DNA from: Cyanidioschyzon merolae
Lineage: Eukaryota
Assembly (NCBI GenBank): GCA_000091205.1
Contig: AP006490.2
Length of the DNA stretch: 64,000 nt
Reading direction: 5' to 3' (one strand)
Below are positions 54,225 through 64,000 of this stretch, in pieces. The notes beneath the pieces are model-generated. The model was not told the origin of the DNA. It did not search any database and saw only the letters and a list, made by a program, of their open reading frames with translations. The translations under genes were made by a program, and so were the position numbers. The stretch's first letter is position 1. Each line of letters opens with the position of its first letter.

Positions 54225-57200
54225 GTCCTTCGATGCCGATCTCGAGTGATGGCTTGGTGATTTGACGTTCACGCTTTCGCGATGCGCTCATCGAACGGTG
54301 TGCACGAGACTTTGGCATTGTTTCACCGCCGTGGCGACAGCTGCATCGACACTTTGCAGTTCCAACTATATATGAAGTGTTACTCAATGGCTCGTGATCG
54401 CCGAATGGTTGTGCCTACATTGGTGTCGGCATGCAAGCAACCATGCATTTCCTGTGAATCGAGAGCATGCGAAGCCGTCCTGCGGGTACACCGAGCGGAT
54501 TGCACGATCGCCCGTGCGATTCCGAGGCCTTGGACGGGCCGTCCGCGAACCCGCAGCCTGATTCAGCATCGACATTCCGGAATGGTGTGGCCCGATGATA
54601 CGATCCCGTGATGAGCGAAACCTCGCGGACTGGACGCTTGGTATCAAGAACGCAACACGTGCCACCGCTAGTGCTACTGGTAATCCCGATGTGGCCGCAA
54701 TCACCACGGAGGCTTGCTGCAGAGACGCTCGTGCACCCTACAATTCGCAGTACTTCTGCCGCTACTTGTGCTGCTGCACTTGCATCGGTAACGAATCCCG
54801 GGAGCAATGCTTGCGCCCAAATGATTTCTAGGGATCTGAAATGGGTTCGACCGTACTCCATATCGAAGTTTTGTTCAATAAATGATGCGTTTGCTGGTCT
54901 GTTTCTTATCTTGCTAGAGTGCTTGTCATCGCTCATCGCTCAAAAGCACCTGTTACGAGCCGCTCCCTGGTTGTACCTGGATACCGCTGGATCACATCAG
55001 GATCGCGATGCAACACCAACAAGTCATCTGCGGTCGCCGGAAACGATCACCATCACGATGGATGCCGATGTCCATGGCGGGAGCGCAATGAAGCATGCTC
55101 CTTTAGAAACGGGTTTTTAAAACCCAATCACTGCCGGTATTACTTCTACTCAGTAGTATCGAAGCATGGAACACCGCAATGTTTGACCATTTGCCCAGGA
55201 AAATCGTTGTCTATGGAGGTGTGTATGGCGCTCCAGCCTTGATGCGTTGCAGACCCGTACCACACCAGTGCCTTTTCCTCCTCGCTACTGATTGTTTTCA
55301 TCGAAAGTGTGCGACTTTTCAGCGCAATGTCTACGGTGACTAGAAAGCGATTCCGTCGGATATTCGCGGCGTGCAAAGCCGCCGGACGCTGCGGCAGCAA
55401 GAGACATTTCCCGATCTCGGACGAGTCGCTCAAGTCTCTATTCGGAACTCGCCTGCAAGCGCTGGTGCTGGTGGAGTCATGCCCTAGCAAGCCTCTGACT
55501 TTCGATTGCCTCGCCATCTGGCGTGCAGTCAACTTGCCCTACACCGTCTCGTGTGTCCGGGTGTGTTTCACGCTCTGCGACTCTGCTAGGCTCACGGAGC
55601 GCTCTTGCTTGTGATGCGTTGATCTAGTGCGGGACGCATCGACGGGCGTCGTGCAGCATCGATTGCTGAACGCGTTGTACGCTGGCGTCGAATGAGCGGG
55701 AGTGCACCCTCTGGGAGCTGCGGTGCGTCGATTGCCGCAGACTACCACGAGACGAGGCGACGCATCGGTCATGACCTGGTCCAGTGGCTCGAGCGAGCAG
55801 GCGAAAGCACGTGTCGTGTATCCGTACAACCGAGACGATTGGCAATGCCGTCGCTGCCTCATGTACGCCAGCCAGGGATTGTCAATGGCAGCTATATCGA
55901 CGCTCTTGTGATCTCTGCGTGAAAGACGCATACGAAGCGTTCCAGCGTGTTTGCTACGGTGCTTCGAGCATCAGGATAGGTTCTGAGGCTGTCACTACAT
56001 TTCGTCGTATGCCTGCTTGCAACCATCATACCCGAATGCGGATTACACCGAGCGGTGTGAAAAATCGGGCAGTACGATATTGTCTGTCCCGGGCATTCGT
56101 TGTGTTCCCGCATTCTGGCTTGATCGAAAAGGTTCTAAAGGAATCAGGACAGCTGGTAAGCTTGCCTCCGAACCTTGTACAAATACTTATTTAACGAGGA
56201 TCGTCAAGTCGAGGTAAGCTAAAAGTGTCTTCCTAGAATAAGAAGCTATGCGGTATTGAATCTAGTCCTGCATTTCCCTGTTTCTGGGTTGCTCCCCGTT
56301 GGCGTCTTCACTCAGAAAGGCCATGAAACAGTGTACAGACGGTTTATCCTTACACTCTCTGCTCGCCCTCTTTTCGCGGGAATTTCGCCTCCTTTGTCCG
56401 GTGCTTCTTTCTCGCTCTTCTTCTTCTGCTTTACGTGGCTGGGCAGCTCTGATGTGGCCGCTACGCTCCATGCTTGTTCCCTTACCTTGAGATGCAGACG
56501 CACTGGGTAGTCGATATGTCCGAAATTCGTTTCTTTTAAGTGTGTACTTACGATTCTTCTAGGTACTTTCGTCGCCTTCTCCATCGCGAGCACGTCCACG
56601 GACAGCAGCACGGCATGACGCTCCATCTCGCATTCGGGCAGTGTATCCCCAGACCAGTCCATTGCTGGTGAAGACAGATCGAGATTTGTCAAAGAGCGAC
56701 CGGGCACGCTTCGGTGTCCTTGATCCGAACGACTCTTGTTTGGATCCACAAGCGCAGAAATGGCATTTGAAAACAGAGGAAACGCCGTCGACTAGCTTCA
56801 ACCAGGGAGATTAGCACGACACAAACCGCAGGTCACGGCGAGATGAGGCGCATGCACCTTCGCCGCTTCTCTTTGATGGAACCTGACGTGGTCCAAGCAC
56901 AGGACAGAGGATAGCGGCTAGGAGAAGCTACGAACTGCTTCGACGAAGAGAGCGTTGCTGAACAGTCCTCCCTGTTCGGCAGTTTGTAGGAGACGACGCG
57001 ATAGCATCGTTGCTGGGGGTGATAGCGTCGGGGTGCTCGCTTGACGCGTCTTTACGAGCAGCGGATTTTCCGTCTTTGACCGCTTACATCCAGGTACACA
57101 GTGTCCTCCGTCTGCCTTCTCAACGAGTAAGACGAGTACCCCGTTCCTCTTGGTATATAGGTTCCCGTTGCGGTGCGAAAGCGATGGTGTGTGTTTTTCA

Positions 57201-59976
57201 AAGCGCGACGGTCACAAGTCGAAGCGTACTTTTTTCGTTCTCCATCTGTGGCTCGTTATCGCGGCTCGCATCAACGATTCGGAAACTTCGCGACGTGTGG
57301 CTTCTTTGATCGGAATTCCGAGAGAAACCATCGGGTGCAATGGATGAACTTGAAGACAGTCCTGTACGCAGACTTTGATCATGCCTATTTTGGGTGCACA
57401 ATGTTCGAAATACGGGCAATGAAAAGGGTGCACCATCCGTCTCCTGATCATAGAATAACTGACTTGTACCAGTTAGGTCGTCTTTCGCAGAACTATAGTG
57501 CCAGTACCATGCACTTCCCACTTATATCCCCAATATATAGGATGCATTCCGTTTGTTGAATACCAGCGAGATAAACAAATAAAAACAAGAATGGCCCGCC
57601 GGCACTGGTGCTCCAGAATTCCCTGTTATGCGTATGAAAAACTTGCACCGAATCGGTGCGAAAGCATTTGCGAACGTTGCTGGCGACGGGAGGTCCTCGA
57701 CCACTGCACACCGTGCGTTCGAGGTAGCTCCCGATTGTCCAGTGTTCCGCAATCCTATTGGCATTCGCTTTCTAGAACGCCGCTCCATTTCGTGCCACGG
57801 GACACGATGCGAGGTCCGGTGCCGAAGCTGGCCTGGCAGCGATAACTCCATCAAACAAATGCGAGCATGCAAGAGTTGCGAAGCGTCCACCATACAAACA
57901 GTCGTCCGCAGGTCCTGCGATAACATCGGGATCAAGGCATTCGGCGCCTGGAAACAGGCAATGCTGCCCCGTGCCAAATCTTGCGCATCATCTGTTATCA
58001 CTAGCATTTTCTCCACAGACAAAGCATTGGCAACTGCACCTGCGTTTCCCGGAGGCACACGCGCAAGGCCAGGAATGCACCTCAGCGCCCGCCATCGACA
58101 AGTTCCAGGTCTGAAAACTCCAAAAAAGCGCATCAGGAAACTGGGGTGTCCACTCGGACACTCTCCTATAGGCGAGCTTCTTGAAGTGCGCTCATGTCAC
58201 ATGCAATGTCACGCTTGAGGTACGCACACGCTTTTCCATTTCCCAACACCGAAACGCCGCCAGTCTGTTTGGAACCTGTTGCAGTGCCTGCTATGCTTCG
58301 ACACCCCTGAACCTGGTTCAGGTCGCGAGCCCTGCCCCAGGGTACGCACGGTGCTAGGCACTGCACCGCACCTGCCGTGTGCGGTATGCACGAGGCGGGT
58401 TCAGTCCAGTGGCGTTCGTACGTGCCCAGCTTCCAGAGTACCCATACTGCACCGTCCCTGGTCCTCTGAAAGGTCAACGTCGCGAGCCGTATACCGCTCG
58501 GTTTGCCGGAGAGCACGCCGGGTCGGTGCGCTGCACCCAAAAGGCCACCGCAGCCGCAAGTGTCACACTGGTGAACGCTGCGAAGCGGAAAGTTCGCCAT
58601 CGCTCCACCGGTTCGTAGCCGTGATAGAGTCGGGCCAACGACCAACCTGCGAGCAAACCGCAAAAACCAGTCCACAGGGCTGTTTGCCGAACAATGTCGT
58701 CGCAGCGTGTAGCCGCGGGTCGCATGAGCGGAGGTCGCTCCTCAGAGTTGTTCATGGCTAGTCCCGGGAAACGAACGCGGATCACGACCGGCACCTGGAC
58801 GCAGGACAGAACTCGCGCGACAAGAACCAGGAAGAATCAGCGTAACAGAAAAGCGTCAAGTGGATGAACGTACGCAAACTCTAATGGACTCCGTCGACGG
58901 ACACAAGCAACTGTTCGAGCGCCCGTCTCTGAGGATATCGCATAGCCGAGTTTGTCTCCGCGGAGCATCCTGTGCTGCAACCAGCGTTTGGGAGCGGGCT
59001 CCGCACCCGAAGCGTCCCTGAAACGATCTTGCTCTTATAACGCTTGGAGCAATGGTGCACTAGGGATGAGGGTTCGCTGCAGCATACCCGGAGACACTGT
59101 CGTCGCTGTCCTGGTGTCCGCTCATCGAAGCACACCTAGGGTTTCAGGAACGATCCGTCGATCTTGTAGCTTGAAAAAACATGTGCTACGGGTGTGTTGC
59201 TAGGAGAGCTGGGCAGCGATTTACCCTTTGGGTGCTGCCCGGCATTTGGACACATGCCTCATGCGGTGCAGACTCGTCCAGGTTCTGCACAAGATGATTC
59301 CTGGTTGAGGTCTGTCGGAACTTGAGGGTTCCTGGCTCCTCACGAGGAGCTCACAACGCTGCCTCGACTCGCGTACGGCCGGTCGCAGAGGCGTGCTGCC
59401 CAGATGGGTCATTGTGTTCATCGTGCCGCCTGACACCACGAATATAACGTGCCGCAATCACCCCGTTTCCGGAATACTTTCCGGGCATCGAGTCGAGCAC
59501 GGTCAACGGCGCATCGACACACAGTTTACAGTCTGCTACGCAGCTGGTTACGGCAAAGCGCACTCTAAACTGCGTCCAACAAGCGGGAACAAAAGCTCAG
59601 TTTCCACGCTACCGGGCGCAGCGTCCGTCCCACGAATCCAGCGGTTTTGGGGTCTGAACAAAACGAGTACACCTCGTTTGAGCGCGTTCGTTCCGGTCGA
59701 GTCCGTAACGCTTCTGTGTATCCGTGACGTACCCGTAAGAGACCCGGCTGTTTGGATCAAAGAAAAGCTGCTGTTGCAGCTGCATCGAATGCTCACAGCG
59801 GTTCATCTGGCCCGGTACGCTTCCCGTACAGCCATGCCTGGTCTAACGACACGGTAAGTCGACGCGCGGACTTTTTGCACGGAAGCGCGCATTTCTCTCC
59901 GAGACACTTGCTTCTCAGCAAGTATCCCAGATCGGCGTATCCCCAGAGAGCTCGTTCTCAAGTTTGCGCAGACTCG

Positions 59977-61902
59977 CTACGCCACCTCAGCACCGAGCAC
60001 CCTCCGCCGGAGTAAGTGATACATTGTATAGAGGCCTTGTTCAGTGCCTCCCTCGGGGCGACCAGCAGATGACCCCACAGCGTATGCCATCAGGTCGAGG
60101 TGTATCCAGACTGGGGATCCGCGAGCGCTGCCGTCTGCTGCTTTGGCGGCGGGTGCCGTCTCCGGCGACTGCCGACTCGGGAGCGCCTCTCGACCAGTTT
60201 GCACAAACTCTGCAAGGTACAATGCTGCGAGAATCGCACCAGCATACGGACTATCACCGATATTCTGAATATCAGCTACTTTGCTGCGCAGCATTTTGCG
60301 GTAAGCACGATGCAGCGGCATGTGCCAAACTGGGTCACCGAGAAGCGATCCCAATTCCATCGCTTCTCTTGCGACTTGCTCGTCGGAGCAGAACAGTGCA
60401 GGCAGGTCGGTGCCAAGGGCAACACGTGCAGCACCCGTCAAGGTTGCAAAGTCAACAATGTACTGTGGATTCAGTTCCATCGCATAGGCGAGAGCATCCG
60501 CTAGAATGAGTCGACCCTCGGCGTCGGTGTTGCCAACCTCCGTGGTCATGCCGTTTCGTGCCGTCAGGATATCTCCCGGCCGAAGCGCATCCCCCGAAAT
60601 GGCATTCTCTACGGCGGGCAGTAGTACACAGAGCCGATGTCTCTCTGCCAGCTGCGGATCCGAACGCAGCAGGTTCGCCAGACCGAGAACATGTGCAGCA
60701 CCGCCCATGTCCTTCTTCATCAGCCGCATCGCCTGCGCGGGTTTGATGTCGAGGCCGCCACTATCAAAACATACGCCTTTGCCAATTAAAACGATAAGCG
60801 GCTTGGATGCATTCGGTGACGATGACGACGATGGTGGTGATCGTGATGGCGATCGGCCTTCCGGTAGCGGAAAATGCATCTCTACGAGACGCGGCGCATG
60901 ACGCGAGGCAGCCGCCCGACCCACGGCGTAGATCTGGGGAAAGTTCGCGGTGCGAAGTGCCTCTCCGATGATAGCACGACAGCTGCCTCCGTATCGATCA
61001 GCAAGTGCTCGTGCACAGGCCTCTAACGCGGCCGGGCCCAATTGCTCCGCCGGCGCATTAATCAGGTCCCGCACGAGGTAAGCGGCCTCTGCAAAGCTCT
61101 CCACCATCTTCGTCTCGTCCGACACCTGCCATTGAAGTTGACGCAAGGCCCGTGGTTCCCTTGTCTTGTAGGCGTCGAATGTGTAGGTACCAAGCGCCCA
61201 TGCTAGGGCGATGGCAGACGGCGGGAGTCCAGCGCAGCCACGTCGCAAAGCATACGCACCTGGAGGTATTCGAGATGGAATCGCTGCCAGAGGCCAAGGG
61301 ACCCGCAGCAAATCACTCGAACATACATAGTCCGTGCGTACGAGTACGCTCCATGGCGCCTGCGGTATCCCGGACCCGGAAGATGCCTCCTCAGCGCCCG
61401 CAGCCGACGATAGCGACGGTGACGGAATGCATTGGCAGAAGAGGTCCCCGGTATCCGTGTTTGCCACGGACGAGAGGGTTTCCACGGTGCGAAGCCATAC
61501 CTGTAGTCCTTCAGGCTGCTGTGCCAGCCAGGCATCAAAGCCTCGGCTGCTGAATAGGTCAATTGGCGTGGTACAGGTTGCAGAAGCCGCCGCACACCAG
61601 CTCTGGCGAAAGCGTCCGGCGTATGCCAGCACTCGTTGGCCCCAGGCTAGCAAGAGCTCTGGCGTGCTTTCGTCAGGGACATATTCACTGAAAGGAGTTC
61701 CCGCCTTGGCATAAATATGGAATAGTCTAACGTGTCTACTGTGGGAGAGCGAATGCCAGTTGGCGATGTAGCGAGTTCGAACGCGACCGCGTGCCCGCAA
61801 GTCTGGTACGTCCGCGCGGAAGCTGCCACAGTTCGACTGGAGAAACGCGTTCCGGCGTTCAGAACCTAGACAAGAAGCTGGACGTACCCACGCACGCATC
61901 AA
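59977..61902 (-). CDS. Leucyl aminopeptidase, M17 family.
   Basis: 'GKGVCFDSGGLDIKP', 'MKKDMGGAA', 'NTDAEGRLILADAL' and 'ATLTGA' are M17 catalytic-domain signatures. Confidence 0.9.
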   Translation of the reverse strand: MMRAWVRPASCLGSERRNAFLQSNCGSFRADVPDLRARGRVRTRYIANWHSLSHSRHVRLFHIYAKAGTPFSEYVPDESTPELLLAWGQRVLAYAGRFRQSWCAAASATCTTPIDLFSSRGFDAWLAQQPEGLQVWLRTVETLSSVANTDTGDLFCQCIPSPSLSSAAGAEEASSGSGIPQAPWSVLVRTDYVCSSDLLRVPWPLAAIPSRIPPGAYALRRGCAGLPPSAIALAWALGTYTFDAYKTREPRALRQLQWQVSDETKMVESFAEAAYLVRDLINAPAEQLGPAALEACARALADRYGGSCRAIIGEALRTANFPQIYAVGRAAASRHAPRLVEMHFPLPEGRSPSRSPPSSSSSPNASKPLIVLIGKGVCFDSGGLDIKPAQAMRLMKKDMGGAAHVLGLANLLRSDPQLAERHRLCVLLPAVENAISGDALRPGDILTARNGMTTEVGNTDAEGRLILADALAYAMELNPQYIVDFATLTGAARVALGTDLPALFCSDEQVAREAMELGSLLGDPVWHMPLHRAYRKMLRSKVADIQNIGDSPYAGAILAALYLAEFVQTGREALPSRQSPETAPAAKAADGSARGSPVWIHLDLMAYAVGSSAGRPEGGTEQGLYTMYHLLRRRVLGAEVA

Positions 61903-63141
61903 ATCTTTCAGATGAGGCTACGGGTTCTTTGCAGGTACCACCGATACTTCTGTGCTGCGAACCGAGTTCGACGCGGACCCGAAAGACGTCGAAACGCCCT
62001 GCAGCGTCGACGGCATCGCGCCTCGGGCTGGGCATCCTCCCGGTGCCGACTTCTGGTGTTGGTGCGTAGCGGCGTTGTTCATCCTCGCAGTGCAAGGCAT
62101 GGGGCAGCAAGCATTTGTAGCAGCGCGCCGCCGTGCATGAACGTGCTGAAAAGTCGCGCTGCCTCGAGGTCGCGGCTTCAGCAAGGCCTCCAGCGTCACA
62201 CCATGTACTCAAGATGTGCTCGTCGTTGCGCTAATGAACGCAAGCTTTTGGAGCGATCGAACCTGTAGCCCCTGATGGGAATATGCATCTGGGCATCCCG
62301 AAGCATACAGGCGTCTAGAGCGGAACGATAGGACGCTTCTCAGCGTGCCGGTAGCGATGGGGTATCAACGGGATTCACGTTTGATGCATCGACCTTGTAC
62401 GATAAAGCTTTTGGTGTCGGTGTGTGCAGGTATGCGCTGTTGTAGAGGCTGCACATGCAATGCATGCATCCAGACCAAGAAAAACAATGCTGAAGAGCAT
62501 AGCTGTATCCTCGCGAGCGCTCGCAAGCAAGCGCGATATCGTCCCGGGTCATGCACCTGCGAAGATGCACTGGACTATGCAGCGCTGATCCGTTCAGGCC
62601 GTTCTAGAGTCCCGCAAGCGATACCGTTCACCCGCAAGAACGCGAAACACCGGTTTTTCCGAGTCGCATTGCATTCATCGACAAAAGCAGTCATACCACC
62701 AACGATTAGAACCGAGCCTGTGCTTCATGGATGCGACTTGAACCCATTCCTCAATCACAGTCGCTTGCATGCCCTCCAAGTACTGGAGCACAACATCCAG
62801 CACCCGTTGACCTGCCGTGCTATTCGAGAGCTTACGTCCAGAGTTTCCGAATGTTACACCGCAGTAGGAGTGCCCGTTAGAAAGCTGATCTCCATGAGGT
62901 TGCAACGAAGCTGCTCCGCGGAACGTGCGACGGCGGCACCGGGGTTCCCGGGCGCTCCGGAAGCCGCTGATGACAGGCGCTTCCCCCAGTGGACCCTGCG
63001 AAATGACCCTGAACTTGAGAGAGAAGTATGGTGCACGGCTCATAAAACCTAGAGCTAATGTTTAGAATGATGGACGCTCTCGCTATATGTCATCCATGAT
63101 AGCGCCAGCGATGATCTCCAATTCATCTGGACGATCTATCG

Positions 63142-63984
63142 ATGAGCAGGTCGCATGAGGCGACGATCCCCCCTGCTCGTGGATTCAGCAGCAGCAGCGG
63201 CGGCGGCCTGAAAACATCCACCCCCGCATCCCTGGAACTGCTCTACGCGGCTGCTGCGGCTTCTGATCCGTTCGAAGGTATCGCCAGTGCCATGTCGTTT
63301 ACGAAACACCTGCTCATGCACAACTGCGACGTATGGACGCCGGACTGGTATAATCCAACGCAAGATCCGCAGCTTGGGACGACTATCATGGCTGTGGAGT
63401 ACGACGGCGGGGTGGTGCTGGCCGCTGACTCTCGAACCTCCACCGGTACCTACGTAGCGAACCGTGTCTCCGATAAAATCACTGCCGTTGCACCGCCGTA
63501 CATCTACTGTGCTCGTTCAGGCTCTGCAGCTGATACGCAGATGCTCGCGGACACGGTGCGGCGGTACGTCACCGCGCTCGCCTTGGAGACGCAGCGCCCG
63601 GCCACCGTACGAACGGCAGCAGCACTCTTCCGTGAACTGATCTACCAGAATAAGAGCCGTTTAACTGCTGGTGTGATTTGCGCTGGCTGGGACCCCCTCA
63701 ACGGTGGACAGGTATACTCGATCACGCTGGGGGGAACGCTGGTCCGCCAGCCGTTCTCAATCGGGGGTAGCGGGAGCACCTACATCTACGGATACTGCGA
63801 TGCGTCCTATCGTAAAGGGATGAATCGGGAGGCATGCATTGCATTCTGCCAGCAGGCAGCATCGCTTGCCATGGCAAGAGATGGCAGCTCTGGTGGCGTC
63901 CTACGAATGGTATGCATTGAGGAGAGCGGTGCGCAGCGTCTCTTGTTTACGGAGGATCAGCTTCCGCGCGGTTGGCAGGGGTAA
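63142..63984 (+). CDS. Proteasome subunit beta type-6-like (beta1, caspase-like) with a propeptide. The start is probably at 63292.
   Basis: 'WTPDWYNPTQDPQLGTTIMAVEYDGGVVLAADSRTSTGTYVANRVSDKITAV...CARSGSAADTQ' is near-colinear with PSMB6. Confidence 0.9.
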   Translation: MSRSHEATIPPARGFSSSSGGGLKTSTPASLELLYAAAAASDPFEGIASAMSFTKHLLMHNCDVWTPDWYNPTQDPQLGTTIMAVEYDGGVVLAADSRTSTGTYVANRVSDKITAVAPPYIYCARSGSAADTQMLADTVRRYVTALALETQRPATVRTAAALFRELIYQNKSRLTAGVICAGWDPLNGGQVYSITLGGTLVRQPFSIGGSGSTYIYGYCDASYRKGMNREACIAFCQQAASLAMARDGSSGGVLRMVCIEESGAQRLLFTEDQLPRGWQG

Positions 63985-64000
63985 ACGCGTCTTCCTGGGA

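Noticed and set aside
57522-58218. Mutually overlapping ORFs of about 200 aa on both strands (57522-58133 - and 57628-58218 +)
   Set aside because: Neither has recognisable motifs and both have biased composition. I cannot decide which strand codes, if either, so I left them uncalled.

Overview
This window reads as GC-rich (roughly 55-60%), apparently intron-free nuclear DNA from a eukaryote. The recognisable proteins form uninterrupted ORFs of 250-920 aa. Several are bacterial-type enzymes with N- or C-terminal extensions: PNPase, ribosomal protein bL10, a YbeD/DUF493 protein, PanC, an FKBP and P5C reductase. Others are clearly eukaryotic: ALY/REF, ESF2/ABT1, proteasome beta1, IPK1, a GBE1-type glycogen/starch branching enzyme and mitochondrial succinyl-CoA ligase alpha. 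I infer from this combination a plastid-bearing, intron-poor protist or alga, possibly like a unicellular red alga; I cannot identify the species. I can support about 20 protein-coding genes, separated by long stretches of 1-6 kb with no convincing ORFs. The headline finding is a family of three decayed elements of about 1.5 kb: copy A at 1-1380 on the minus strand (cut by the window edge), copy B1 at about 26940-27306 on the plus strand (5'-truncated), and copy B2 at about 29170-30670 on the plus strand. Their 3' portions still encode a recognisable TnpB/Fanzor-type C-terminus: CxxC...CxxC followed by '(N)RDLSAAINI(RR)', a DxNAAxNI RuvC-III-like motif. After that comes a roughly 200-bp non-coding block conserved in all three copies, which could be an omega-RNA-like scaffold. 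All three reading frames are broken, so these are relics. B1 and B2 sit in direct orientation either side of the IPK1 gene. Other structures are a 137-bp tandem satellite of about 7.2 units at 13385-14380, between the divergent ALY/REF and P5CR genes, and a pair of roughly 1.2-kb direct repeats, about 98% identical, at 30990-32200 and 37406-38610 bracketing the convergent GBE and bL10 genes. A CAG/CAA microsatellite inside that repeat differs in length between the two copies. I also note a (GCC)5...(GGC)6 perfect palindrome, a (GCGT/GCAC)n tract with Z-DNA potential, and short promoter-proximal tandem duplications. I did not see rRNA, tRNA or CRISPR.
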